A stretch of 64,000 nucleotides of DNA from Saccostrea echinata. Lineage: Eukaryota. The DNA lies in NCBI RefSeq assembly GCF_033153115.1, contig NW_026889777.1:2356001-2420000 (forward strand). Direction: 5' to 3'. The notes below the pieces were generated by a model that was given only the letters and a program-made list of their open reading frames with translations, was not told the DNA's origin and ran no database searches. Of the stretch, positions 46,861-61,100 are shown one piece after another (position 1 is the stretch's first letter; each line of letters starts with the position of its first letter). The translations under genes and the position numbers were made by a program.

Positions 46861-47758
46861 GACCAAAATAATGGATTTTAATTGAGCTTGAATACTGTTT
46901 GTTATCTCAATATTACACAGTATCTTAATGTCCAAGCAGAATGTAAATTATCATAGCTAGTTCCCAACTTGATCAGCAAAAATAAAAAAAAAAACTTGAC
47001 TGCATGGACATGTTTATGTACACAAATCTGCTTCTTTAATAGCCAGGTTTCAGACAGTTTTATTTCATAGCCATGCAGATATCAGATTGCCTTCTCTGCA
47101 GTACTGTGTATTCTGTTGTCAGCAACTAATACTTTGTGTCAATACATGTCATTTTGTGTATCCACTGGGGAAATCTTGATTGTCTTGCCAATTTTGGTCA
47201 GAGGAAGATAGAAGAATTCAGTTAGGATTGTCACTCTGTAATCCTATTACATGGAAGTCTCTAATACGTTTGGATGACACAGATGCTTCCCTGTAATGAA
47301 TAGAAGCATTTGTGCAAACAAGATTTTCTCCTTCCAGGAATATTTAGCTCACATCTGCTTGACTAAAGGATTGCTTCACAATTTCCTGTCTTTGCTTGGC
47401 TTATTTGAGAATTTTTAATTTCTTATTTAAACACAGATACAGTGGATCAATATTTCTTTTTTTTTTTTCTCCATGTCAGTTAGCTCATCTTCATATACTA
47501 TGATCCAAGGTAATAGCTTGATTATCTTAGTCTCTTAAATTTAAGTCTTAAATCAAGTCTATTTATAAATATGCGTTTAATAATTTATTAAGGTACACAT
47601 AAAATTACTTGTTGGATGACCTTGCAGTGCATTTGTATTTATTTAATTATGGTAATTGTCTCGACATATTTTGAAATAAAAAAATTATTTTGGTCATCAT
47701 AAAAAAATTACTAGTTTCTCATCCAATTTTAAAAAAAAAAAGAATTGTGGCACATAAA

Positions 47759-48920
47759 TTTTATTAGGGCCCCGCAAGGGTGCCCTATAGTAATCACTCT
47801 GTCTGTCTGTCTGTCTGTCCGTCTGTCATTCTTCCGTCCACAAATTTCCTGTTTTTTTCCTAATAACTTTTTTTGTAGCTGACCAATTAAGTTCAGATTT
47901 GGTATGTTGGTTGGAGAGGCAGTAAGACATATTTTGATGCTAAGTTTGGTTCTCTATGTCATCCACTTTGGAGCTGGGGTGGTGGGGTAGATTCCTTAAC
48001 TTTACATTAGAATGAATGCCAGGGCAAAGAGAGATAACTGCTGAGAATGTTCCTATTGTAAACTATGAAAGCTGCAACTAGTCCTATGGGATTAATTAAC
48101 TTTCCTCTTGAAGAAAATCCAAAGCATTATCTGTTTCTGTCAAATTGAGATTAATTAACACCTGTGTCTGCAGATGAAGTTTGTTTTGAAGTTAAGGTCA
48201 ATTCTGAATGATGTTTACATTCTCTGAAATGTGGATTTAAATAATGTTCATACTTTATTTTGGTAAAATATACAATGAGTTATGATTTTATTGAATTCTA
48301 AAAACAAGATAAACATAAAGATATGTTTTTTTTTTAATTCTTTTGTTTTTATTTATTTATTTTATTTATTCATTTTTCTTTTGGCTGTCATATGTAAATT
48401 CAAGAAATCTGTTAATTATAATGGGTAGTCCAATAATAATCTTATTCTGTCATTACTGAAAGAGTTCTGATTGTAAACTTGGAAGAAAGGGATAAGAGAG
48501 CAGTACAATTAATCCCTTGGGATTAATTATCTTGTCTGGGGCAGAAGATTTTCCAGGCTTATCTTTATTTGTCACTTTAAGATAAATTAACCTTTGTCTG
48601 CAACTGATGTTTGTTTTGAAGTTAAGGTCAAGCCTGGGTGATATTTGAAAACACATGCTGTATTCTTGTTTAAATATACATTTAATTGAGTAATTATAGA
48701 TGTGATGTTTTTTACTGCCTTATGTAAATACAGGGATACTCTTTACAGGTTGTTGGATATGTAGGAATTATCTTGAAATTTTATAAATACAGTTGTTATT
48801 GCATATTCTTCTTCATATATTTTTAAATTTTTGTAATCAATTAAAATTCTCATTCTGTTAGCTGCACTCTTATATTTCTACCCCTCGCGGGGCCCTTGCT
48901 GACTGGTCAGTTTTCTAGTT
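47759..48920 (+). mobile_element. Third Helentron-type HINE family
   Basis: ttttattagggccccgc start; (ctgt)n microsatellite; internal repeated block (48085-48202 vs 48515-48630); inverted gcggggccct; hairpin ctgac-tg-gtcag; ends ctagttt. Confidence 0.8.
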
Positions 48921-49403
48921 TTATTTTATTTTTTCATATTTTACAATTTAATGTACAGATATTTTTGTTGACATCATCAATGGTTGCAGATTTTTCTACT
49001 ATGCCCAAACAAAATTCATAGAAATTCCATTTAAATGTATATCTCTTACTATGCACCCTCAATAGTCTTTCACAACCAGTGGAACTTGTTTAATACATTT
49101 TACTGCAAACAACATCTTGTCAGCTGTCAAAATCATGCATTTGAAACGAAAGTTGAATTGTAAGCAGAAAGTAGAACTGTGAAAATTTCCAGATCTTATT
49201 GCTTATAAAATCAAATTTAAAATAAGAAAAAAATGAGGCAGGCTTTAAAATCAGGGCAGGTGGGCCTTTTAGTGATTCTGCAGTCACTTTTATTGATCAG
49301 TTTAAATCAAAAGTGCACACAATTGCTTTCAATGATAATTTTACTGTACAAGAGAATTTAAACATTTTATGTGTCTAAGTCATTTACTGTTATCATGATG
49401 TTT

Positions 49404-49423
49404 TGTGTGTGTGTGTGTGTGTG
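49404..49423. repeat. (TG)n microsatellite
   Basis: About 10 TG units. Confidence 0.9.
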
Positions 49424-52007
49424 TTATATTAAACATAAGAAATGCTATGGGAGGAGATACCATAAAGATTCAGGGTTGGAATACTAGGATAACATCTCCT
49501 AACTAAAGAATCCATCAGTTTGATGTTTCGTGTACCGGTATACTCTTACAATGTCTCTCATTGCTTAGATGTATTTCTTTTTTGTTTTTATTAGTACAAT
49601 TGAGAATTAAGATGAATGATTGATATAAATCACTGAATGGTCATATTTTTCATGCCTGTATATATATATATATATAATCATAATTACAGTAAACATTACC
49701 CATGCATGGAAGAACATCAAGAACAATTATTGGGAAGAGACAGTCTCAAAGAAGATATTTGAAATCAATGTACAAAGTTTTCTCAAAGATTTAACATTTG
49801 AATTTGACACAACACATGTTTTTTAAACAAATACATTCCTATCATTCTGCATGCTATAGGTTCAGGCCCCAAGACCATAAAGTGTGAACAGACTTAAATG
49901 AAGTCAAAATTTTAAATCAATGTTATTTAAAAAAAAAAAATTGAAATAAAACAAATTTTTCAACATATATATGAATTTGTGTATAATACTGCAAGCCTGT
50001 AATTTTAATGCACATATGTTAAAAAAAACTTAAGATATTCAAAATCAAAATTTTGACTTAAATTTGTTCTTAGTGTTTGGTTTGAGGTCTGTTTGTGAGA
50101 GTGTGAATACTTTTAATATTACATAACACATAAAAATATGATAAGTACATAAATCATTGATCCTTGGGCTTGAAATTGAAACTGACACCATGTGCACATT
50201 TATCACCTGAATTAGCTTAACACATACAAATAATTGGTAAATGCATGTATATACTTAGGCTGAAAACTTGAAGAGATAAATTTGACAGTTGCCAACAAAA
50301 TTTAAATGTGCACCAACACAAAAAATGGCTGCCTGCATTAATCTTAAAGATTAAAAACAGATCTACATGTATATCCAATTAAGAAATCTTGGAAGTTTTA
50401 GGCATGACAATAATTGTATAGGCATGTGTTTTAGGAAATGTGCAGGTGATGTCTAGAACTTGGCAGTACTGACTTATGATTTGTCTGTGCACCTAATACA
50501 CCATCAATTAATTTGCAGAGTATACAGTGTATACTGACAAATATTAATGAATTTCAAGGAGAAAACAAATTTATATATATATTTGGTTACAGCAGGTTAG
50601 GTTTGGTTTTGTTATTCTAACATATTGTGAACATCAGATGCTTTTCTTGCAATCCTCTTTTACAAATGGAGTTTTACTAATTGAGAAAACCGTGTTAATA
50701 TTTGTATCTCATCAATGGTTTTCAGATGCTTGCTAAACTTATTAGTGCAAATGAGATTTATGTGGTTTCACTTTGAATTTGAATTTCAATGACAATGTCT
50801 ATTGTAAGATGATATACTAGTAATTATATTGTCATTTGAATCATAATTTGTTGAATCAAGTGACTCTTAAGAACTTAAACCACTAGTTAAAAATATGCAT
50901 ATTAACAAATTAAGTCTCCCATACTATATACAAGTTTTTAATTGAGTCTTTTCACTGTATGCAGTTTTTGATAATTTGTATGAGTAAATGTTGGCAAACT
51001 GTACTTTAATTGTGGGCAAGATTGCTAAAATAGATTGTGACATCCACTATACATGTAGTTTAATGTCCATGTTCAATCTTGAATTATAATTTACTGGTAT
51101 GTTATGGATCTGGATCAACTTCTGATAATCAACTGCATTTAACAAAATCAAAGTTTTATGCATGTGTTGATATTATGATATATATAAAACAATATTATGT
51201 TAAAAAAATCCCTTTGGAATCTTAACCTACATGTATACTTGCGTTGGAGAAATTGCTTTCAGAATATTATACAGAATGATTTTTCTTTTTTAATCCAGTT
51301 ATCAAGTGTATATCTTTTCTTAATGTAGTCTTTATCACCTTGCAGCATGATTAAAAAAAAACACATGCATACAAAACTTCCCTTTAATATTGTTGCAGGC
51401 CACTGGTGTTGTGTGATGTACGTATTATTTTTCCAAATGGTTTTATTTCCTCAAGAATTTAAAATGCATCAGGTAATAAAAAAAATTGTAAGGTGTTTAT
51501 CTACATAGCTTCAATTTCCATCCAGCCAACTGGAAGGAAATATTTTTATACAAACGATGGAATATATAGCTATTGGGGGCAGACTGTGAAAAGAGATAGG
51601 AATCTTATGTTGCCTTGTCAAAAATGACTTGTATCAGCCCTGTACATGATATTATCTTTCTGTTCAAGAGCAGATAAGCCTATCTGTAAACATGAAATTG
51701 TGGAATATGTTTACTCAATACAGACCCATGAAAAGTACATCTCATTGTTAGTGTATCTTGGAGTCTGTATTCTGGGGAACTCTTGTATTTATTTATTCAT
51801 TTATTTTTCTTAAGATAGATAAATTTTTCATTGTCTGTTTGGTAGCTAAGGTACATGTAATATGTTTCTCTTTTATCAGCAATCTTATGTCACATCCATG
51901 AATAAATAATCATTATTGTAGGAATGGCATAGAAGTTGAAGGTTGTTGATTCATCATATGAGCAACTTTTTCATAATTTACTAATGATTATAAGTTTTTT
52001 ATTAATA

Positions 52008-52187
52008 CAGTCACACCTCATTATCTCGAACTCAATGGGACCGACAAAAAACTGAGATATCCAAGGATTTGAGATATCCAGGTAAAAAACTTAAGGAATA
52101 AGGGGATGGGACTTCAAAATCACTTTGACATATCCATGGTTTCAATTATTATAACATATCCGTGTTCGAGATACCGAAGTTCAACTG
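52008..52187. mobile_element. Tc1/mariner-pogo-type MITE
   Basis: TA|cagtcacacctcattatctcgaac ... gttcgagataccgaagttcaactg|TA. Confidence 0.8.
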
Positions 52188-55100
52188 TACATTGCCACAT
52201 GCAAATAGTACAAATTGTTTCCTTTCATTATCATTATTAAGAACTTTGGGGACCAGGTTTTAAGCCTTTTCTTATCTTTAGAGTTCTGCACTTATACTGT
52301 AATCAAGCTGCATTTTAATTCTAAGCTATATAGCAACTGACTTATGAACTGGAACATGTTTGATATCAATTTATCCAATATTTGTTCATGATTTTTGTGT
52401 GCACTTCATAATAATAATAAAAAAAAAATGATTATTTTCATGATGCAAGGCTCAAAAGGCCTTCAAAATTAATTATTGATTTCCTATGTCTCAAATTAAG
52501 GTATGCAAAATTTAAAATCCAATCTTTTTTTTCATTTTTATTAATACTGAAAATAAATAATTAATTATATCCATCCGTACAAGTAAACGTTTGAACAGCC
52601 ATATAGCAGGAGTAAAATTAAATCATTGATTGGATATATGCTGAATTTTCCTTGTGCTGGGGGAGGTCCATTGACAAGCTTTTCCATTTCTCCACTGTAA
52701 TTAGTTAATAATTGATTAGGTAAACATGCTGCACTTCAGGTATACAATAACTAGAACAATATCATTTTGTGATAAAAAGACAGTGCAAATAGAATCGAGT
52801 GTTTTATTATCGCACTCCCAGGGAAAGTCTTTGTTGACATTGTTGCAATAAAGCTGATGTTTCATCAATATATCGGTGAAAACTGTATTTGTAATTGAAG
52901 TTAGTTAATCGGATGAAGCAACAGGAAATGTTTGTCTATTTAATTATTGGTTTGTGAATTAGACATTTTAAATGAAAATGAACAAATATTTTTTGATCAA
53001 AAACTAATGAGTTTTCTATAAAATTTGATGGTTTTGGCAAATCTGTAGATTTATAATGATCAAGTGTCATTGGGAAAGTTCTGTTGTACGTGTTGTGCAG
53101 TATTACACTTCTGAATGAATCAGTTGCATGAACACTGCAATAAGACTTAATTACAATAGTAAAATGCCATCTTATATTTGACTTTTACTTGTTTGGTTCT
53201 CAAGTGAAGATACTCCTTTCACACATTGTTTAATTAAGTAATAGCTGAAAAGATGCTCAGTTTAATTCAATATCAGTCAGGGTGTATCTGAATGGTCCAT
53301 GAAATGTTCTTCTGCCCCCATGGACATTGATTATACACATTGAACAAAGAATGATTGGACAGAAAGATTGAATGCTCAGAGAGATGAAATATTTCTTTTT
53401 ATCTTTTAATTTGATGGCATTTCAGTTATTGAGTCAGTAAGTTGCATAATTTGTTTATCTGCAACACGTACTATAGTTATTTAAACATGTTAAAAAATGA
53501 TACTTTCATCCATGCAGAGATACTTAGAGTAATCTGGTGGCTATCATAATGTATTAATTGCTCTCATTGTGAAGAGCAGATTTAAATTTATATTTTAAAA
53601 AGTGCTGTAGAAAAACTTTGTAAATTAAAATAAACTGACCATTCATTGTGGTGATTTTACAGCTGTTGAATATAACAGCAGGGAAAATCTGTACAAATAA
53701 TACAATCTTGGCTCCATGAGTAGTTGATGAGAAAATACAAACATATATTAACAGTTGTAGGAAGATACATTAATTGTGTATTGAAGAAAGGAGGGAATTG
53801 AACCTCAATCACACATCTGTAGGGATCCTTTAGACACATCAAACTAATTTCATGAATTCATGTCTGAGATGTATAAACATTTTGTTGGCGGTAATCCGAT
53901 AATGGGATTATAAACCCCAAAAAGTACCACATTTATTAAAAACTGGAGGCAGGAATTGAAAAGAAGGTAATTGAATTTCAGACTTTAAAGCTCAAATTGC
54001 AATTGTAGATGAAACCAAATTCTTGCTGAAATCCAGAGATAATGCAAAAGGGGTGTTTTCTCCTGCGTGTAATCTGATGTCTGATGTTGTATGTATGGAA
54101 TACCAGGTGTCAGAATTTGTATCGAGTTCTGTCACCAAGGCTCAGATTCTGAGAAGAAGTGTCTCTTCACTCAGTTATATTTAGGAATTTCTTAGCAAAC
54201 ATTTTGATAATCTCAAATATATTTTTTACATTTTAGAGAAAGATAGAGATGTTACAATTGTTGACACTTTGTTTGCTTTGAAATCTATCTCAGAAAGAAT
54301 GAACTGTGACATTTTTATGCAAGACTTGACTGTCAACACAACACAATATTCTGTATGATTGTTGGGGATTATAAAGTCAGGAAGTTACGTAACATACCTT
54401 AACGTGTTTGCATTGTCTGTGAATTTTGAAACACACAGATACATATAGGAAATATGACTACAATCATATTGCCTTAAAAAAAATCAATCATTGCTTAGAA
54501 TCAAGGTGAGTTAAATTTTAATTTACCTAGGTATATTCAAAGTAAAATGAAAATCAGCATGCTTTAAAGCTTTTATTTAGCATGAGTTCAAAAATTTAAC
54601 ATTGTATTCGAGCAATATATTAACATTTTAAACTATAATCTTAAACAACAGGTGGTTGCAGAGAGAGAGATTTATTGAAGAGCTATAGATATAGAGGAGA
54701 TTTTCACATAATCCTCTTGAATTTCCTCATACCAAGCCAAAGATTTTGTGTAAATATAGAGGTATCAGATACATTAAGTTTTAGAGGCACTGTGTGTATT
54801 ATGTATAACCAATTCTTTTATTGAATAAAAAGTGATTCAGTGCTGCACTTAGTTCTTTTGAGGATTTGAATTAGTGTACCTTCTTCAGGAATTGATTCCT
54901 CTCAATGACTGTATTATGTGAATTCTTTTTGTTTTTTATTAAAATGGAAACAATTTAAAGACCAGGGAAGCCAGGAGCACCCCCACCTGAATCTTCATGT
55001 TTGTGTTTGTAAAAGTAAATGCATAAATGTAATTTAGGAAATAAAATCTTTGCAAAGATAACAATACATCTTTCACTTCTGATGATAATCTCTCTTAAGA

Positions 55101-55674
55101 TTTAGTTGTATATACATATAAACTTTCATAACCATTAAAAATAACTCCGAAAAGTTGTTAGAAAGTCTTAGATACTATCTAGTCCTTATCAATCATATGA
55201 GAAGAAAAGAAAAAATGAAAGAGATAAAGCGAAATGAGGCAGAACTGTGATTTATGGCAGAAAGATGTGGCTGTGTAGCATTTTATGATCTACAATTCTC
55301 CAAAGGATAAGAAATTGATAGTCATGATTAAATCTCTAAGGAAAAAATCCAATAATTACAGGCTATTAATGGGGGGTATTGTATAAAGCGAGGAGTCTGT
55401 ATGCTGGAAAGGAAAGAGATTATTTATTTACTTTTCTATGCATTTCTACATTTTTAGAAGATTCATCATCTTGTTTTCCCTGGAGCATGTTGTCACTGCT
55501 GATGTTTGTAAACTTTTGTATGTTTTGGGGCTATAAATAGAATCCTGTGTTAAGGTGACCACATTGAAACTACCTTAACATGTGTGTGGCTTTGACCTTT
55601 TGTAGTTCTTTGTTTATGATTGCATAAACTTCACCTAAAAGTGGAAAAGAAAAGTTGTTTTTAGTGTTATTGTA

Positions 55675-55849
55675 CAGTTGAACTTGGGTATCTCAAACAC
55701 TGATTTCTCAAATACCATGGATCTGTTGAGAAGTGATTTGGAAGTCCCAAACACTTATTCTTTAAGTATTTTACATTTGATATCGAATCCTCGGATATCT
55801 TGAATTTTTTTCTCGGTCTCATTGACATCGAAGTAACAAGGTTTGACTT
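55675..55849. mobile_element. Second, inverted copy of the 52008 MITE
   Basis: TA|cagttgaacttgggtatctc...; internal aagtgatttggaagtccc is the reverse complement of gggacttcaaaatcactt in the first copy; a 5' fragment also at ~20833. Confidence 0.75.
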
Positions 55850-58079
55850 TATAAAGTTTTCTTACTGCTTCTTAAATCAGCAAAATTTGAAATTAAAATT
55901 TACCTTGCATTCATTTTGTCATCAGAACTCATTTTTTTACAATTGAAACACATAACTTGACAAGTTCACGTTTTGTGTATTACTGTATCAAATAGGTTTT
56001 GGAATTTCATTGTATTGTTTCATTCTTTGTATTCTAAAATTGCATGGGCTTATATCTTTAATTTTTTTTTTGATAGGTTTGAAAATTCAAAGACTTCCTG
56101 AGAATTAATGATGCTCTTCTGTTTTTGACGGTAAGTGTTTCTGCCAGTTTCCCTGAAGCTAAGTGTTCAATTCTAAAGCTTAATTTATTACATAATTGTT
56201 TCTTATTTGTCTTTTTGGACCATTAAAATATACATAGTTATAAATTTATTACATATTGAATGCAAGCTTACTTAATTGTGTCATTAAAATAAAAGTAGTT
56301 GTCAATAAAATGTGAAATTTTATGCCAACAAGAAAATGACTGTAATAAAATAATACCTGCATATAATTATTGTAAGTCACACAAATTTATTACGTTTTAT
56401 AAATGTACATTTACTTAAAAGATTAATTTTAAGATCCATGATTGCAATTTTGAGGGGAAAAAATTTCATTGTAATCCCGGTAGAGCAGGACAATATTTAA
56501 GAATTTTGAGAGCCCTATTTTAAAATTTCAAGAGGTGTACATTTTTAGTTTTGTATTGAAACAAATTAACTCGAAAGAAAAAGATTTTCACAATTCACAA
56601 AGCCATGATTTTTGTTTGACAATCTAAGTGTTTCTGCTTGTTTGGAGTTGAGATTCAGTAGTGTTTGGATATACAGGATTCTTTGCATAGAACAAGTTGA
56701 ATGTGTGCTTTTTAGATTACCACAGGATACTAGAGGCACCCAACTGTCATTATGTATCTGGAAGGGGGCATATGGTGGTGGTTTAATAGTTGAGCTTTAG
56801 TTCACAGCCAGCTATGCAGTCAGACTGTTGTTAAAACACCTGGTTTAATTCTTGCAGGTTTATTTTTTTAAAAAAAATGGTGATCTGAAAAAAATTTTAC
56901 AAAAATATTTTTGATAAGGTTTATGTTTAAATGCATGACCTTTACAATAAATTTATCTTCAGTCATTTCTTCAGTTGATTAGTAGTGAGAATAAGTAGAG
57001 AAAAATTTGGACAGAAATAAAATTACATAATTGGAGTCGAAATTATGGAAACTGCATGAATCTTATTTTTTTAATGCATCATTTGTGCACCTTTTGTAGT
57101 TGCTCCATTTGTACAGTGTAGTATATGGACAATAACCTCTCAATGCATAATTTTATTTAGCTCATACTTATATAGATTGAGGTAGCAATTTTGTAAGAAC
57201 ATGGAAGAGACAACTGCTTTATGCATGCATGCATACATATGACAATGTATTTTTGTTTTCTTTTTCATTTGGATCAAATGAAATACTTCTAGTATGTGTT
57301 CATAGTACAAGTTGTGTAAGATTTTTTTTTTTATAGAAGAAAGAGTATAAAAGTTTACGGCCTTGTCCACTGTCATTGTTAACCTCAATGTGACCTTTGA
57401 CATTGATTCTCTCTCTGTCTTGAGGCATTCTTGTCAACATGTCATCAGCACATGTATCATTATGTACACATTGTGTGTATTCCTGGTATGTTCAGTTTTA
57501 AGTTTTTCATGTTCTCTAAGTGATGGTGCTGTGTTATCTTGAGTTTTATCTTGTAGTTTGTCTATATCCCCTAGACCAAGTTGTAGCTTTATGGATTTTT
57601 GACAACTTTTGACATTATTTCTGAGAAAGATAATGTAAGTCTTTTTTTTCTTTCTTTTAATATTAAAAAAAATGCAGAAAATACATTATAGATCTGTTAA
57701 GTTGTATTAATTAAAGGAAAATTCTTTTGAATAAATATAAGACCCTTTGCTGTACATATAAATACTGTTTTACAGAGCAGGGAGTCAATTTTGTTACAGT
57801 ATCAATTCTGATATTTTAAAATCCTTTGCTCACTAATGTGAATGTTTTCTGTACTTGCTGATTGAATGTTAGTTATGATCTATATCCTACTACGTCATTT
57901 GGTGTTCAAAACTAGGTCAATGCTACCAGAAGTGCAATGTAGCATCATCTTAGTAGAAGTATAATTACCTTGTTGTCTTATCATAATTAAATTTTTATTA
58001 GCATTACAGTTTAAAATTTAATAACTATATAATTATATAGTTTTTCTGATTTTCCACAAGAGTAAAAAAGGTCTGTAGA

Positions 58080-58185
58080 GTAGATACATTAAGTGTAAAT
58101 GGTTCCTTTAAAATATATAACTTAAAGCAAAGGTAACTACCTTTGCATATATTTTAAGGGAACCATTTATACTAAATGTATCTAC
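58080..58185. repeat. Long imperfect hairpin
   Basis: gtagatacattaagtgtaaatggttcctttaaaatatat / atatattttaagggaaccatttatactaaatgtatctac with inner gcaaaggta/tacctttgc. Confidence 0.85.
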
Positions 58186-61100
58186 AGATTAACAAATGAT
58201 TAAAGATAATAAAGTGTAATTATAATTCATTCCTATTTTTGTAGGTGATATTTGAAAAAAAAAAAAAAAAATTTTTTAAATACAATAGGTACATCGAATA
58301 TTGTTGAATATAGTGACTGATTACTGATAACTGTTTACTGAACATGCATGGAGAGGTTTACAAAATAAATCCAATATATCAGATATCATATATGCAACAA
58401 TAAACTTAAGCTCTAATTCTTTTTTCTTCCCACATTGTTTGCCATACTGATTAATGCTGATGCATTGACTAAGAGAGCAATTTGTAATATTCATAGATCT
58501 TGGAAATATCTGCCGGGACGCCTGCAAAATAATGTCAATATTCTATATAGTCTCCTGTGTGTTTGAAGAAAAGGGGAGTCATTATGCTTCTATGCTATTT
58601 TGCCAATACCCTAACCTTAACTTATGTATAATGGTCTTTGATGATTGTTACCATCACTTAATTAAAAATTACTGATGAGGAAGAAATGGAAAGATGAGAG
58701 AGAAACTTCAATATTATGAAAGCCTCTGTGTGGTTCATTAAACCATGTGTAATTAAAGGACTTCAGGCTCACATAAGGGAATTTCAAAAGCTATACCAAA
58801 ATATTGAAAAAGTTTTCACGATTGTTTGAAGCTTTTTAATGATCAAGATAATGGCTGAAATGCTAATTTGCCAGGGGATATAAGAATGTTTTGCTCAAGT
58901 GGTACTTGAAGGTTTTTAAGGCATTGGTGCCATTTAATAATACTGGGCTCTCTGACTTTTGATACAAAATCTGAATTTTGTATTATTCCTTCAAATATTA
59001 AATGACTAAAAAAGCTTGTAACTTGGACATTGTGTTCTTTCAATTAAAGTTTAGTTAATTGGTGTAAAAAAGATGGAGTAAATTTAATGCAGAGTAATGC
59101 AACCGATTTTTTGCAATAGTTTTAGGAACTTTCAAAGAATTTTATGAAATGTGATTTAATTTTTTTCTTCTATGACTTGAAATTTGACCTTGTATCATGT
59201 CTGCCTGATTAGAAAGAACTGAAAATAATTCCATTGAACAAAAATCTATCTTTTCCATTAAAAATGAATGGGAAGAGATACCAACATATTAAAGAAACAA
59301 ACAAATAATATTGAAGTATAGATATTGAGAGAAGCTTATATTTTTGGACTGCCTCACATCCACATTTTGTAAGCATAGAGAAAGAATACATCTTTGATAT
59401 TGCTCAGGTGACTTTTTTGACAGGTGACAATTGACGTCTATTAACATACCTGTAATTAAAAGGTAAAACCGACCACCACTAAGGGCCATCACAGGTCGTA
59501 CTCTGTGTCCAATATACCAGAACCGCCTTCTCTGAACTGTGAAAATGATAATTGGTTCCTGGTACTGTCTATTGGACGGTGTCAGTGATACATAGACCGC
59601 GGTAAACATGTAGGTAGAGGGGACCCATCTTAGTTGATGCGTCATTCAAGATGAAAGTCGTTTCAGGTAAAATGGTATTGGGATGTGACAGGATAGGCAC
59701 AAGTCTGTTAACGAAATTATTCTTCATCATAATTTGATTAATATTTTTTTATATTTGAGTTTGAATACTTGCTCTCTCTCTCTCTCCCTCTCTCTCAAAG
59801 TTAATGGTGGGTTGTTTGCAATTTGTGTTTCTGTAAGAAAAACTTTTCGCACTGATCCTTTAATGACCGTGACGCATGTAAGGCAGCATTGATTAATCTA
59901 ATCTTCTTGTATGTACATGCAGTATTGATTGATTTTGAACATGAACTTTGACAGCTAGCCTTTGTTCTTGTAAAAGTGATGATATCTTTATTTCTCTGTA
60001 ATGATTGCATTCATTATTGTCAAACAGAATCTAGGATTTTACGATCAACAAATCGTTATAATCTAGATTTGGACACGTTATATTTAGCTAAGAACTAATT
60101 ACGGGACAGGTAAGACTTCTATTAGATCTGTTTAAAATTTTTATCAGAATTCATATCTTAGATGATATTAATTATATTTGCACTTGCTATGTGTAAATTA
60201 AAAAAAATAATTATATTGACCTTCACTGAATTATTTTGAAAGAGAACTCTAAATAAGTGTCAAGGAAATATTCTTGATCATTAAATGTAAAAAAAAATAG
60301 CGATACAGTGTATATTGTTTTTACAAGATAAACCTATGAATAAAAAATACCCGGTATAACCGCGTAGAGTTTCGAAGGCTGGAAACCATTATACAAGTGA
60401 ACAATTAACAAGTATTAACTTTCTAGTAGACCGTCAATGAAGTCAACCATAGCCAACTTTCTAGACGACAAGTGTTGACCAATTGTACAGTATATACATG
60501 ATATATTAAGTTACCTACTTCCAACGCACCACTGTTTGTAGAACTGACTCTTCTTAGGACGATTCTGCATCATGTGATCACATTTTCGTAATGAATCATA
60601 GGGAAAAAACGTATCATTTTGCACTTCGATAAAAAAAAAATCACGTTTAAAAAGTTACAATTTGCATATTTAGTGAAAAATCGTTTTTTAGAAAGAGGAA
60701 CCCCGATCTATTATTCATGGTACTTGAATTTCTTATCACTGTTTAGAAAAATAAGACGAGCTACTTGATCGGTGCCCGGATGGTGTTCAGCAAAGCTTGA
60801 AATTGATATTGGATGACAAGGGATGTGAACTGTGTTTTATCATTTATGAGGGCTGTATACATTTTTTCTGCATCTTTCCTGAAAAGGGGCGAGAGTTTTG
60901 CTTAGTAAGCCTGTAAGTAATTGCAATATTTAAATTTCTAAACCTGTCCTTTTTGTTTCTATTTCTTGGCTTATTCAGTGTGTTTGATGTTTGCTTTGGA
61001 GAAACATTATGTCTTCGTTTTGTTATCTATTGAATTCTTAGACCAGACTTATTATGTAAGATTTCCTTATGATTTTTATTTTTAATGGCAGGGAAATATT

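Noticed and set aside
46810-46870. CTGATGA as a hammerhead ribozyme core
   Set aside because: No downstream GAAA or compatible stems found.
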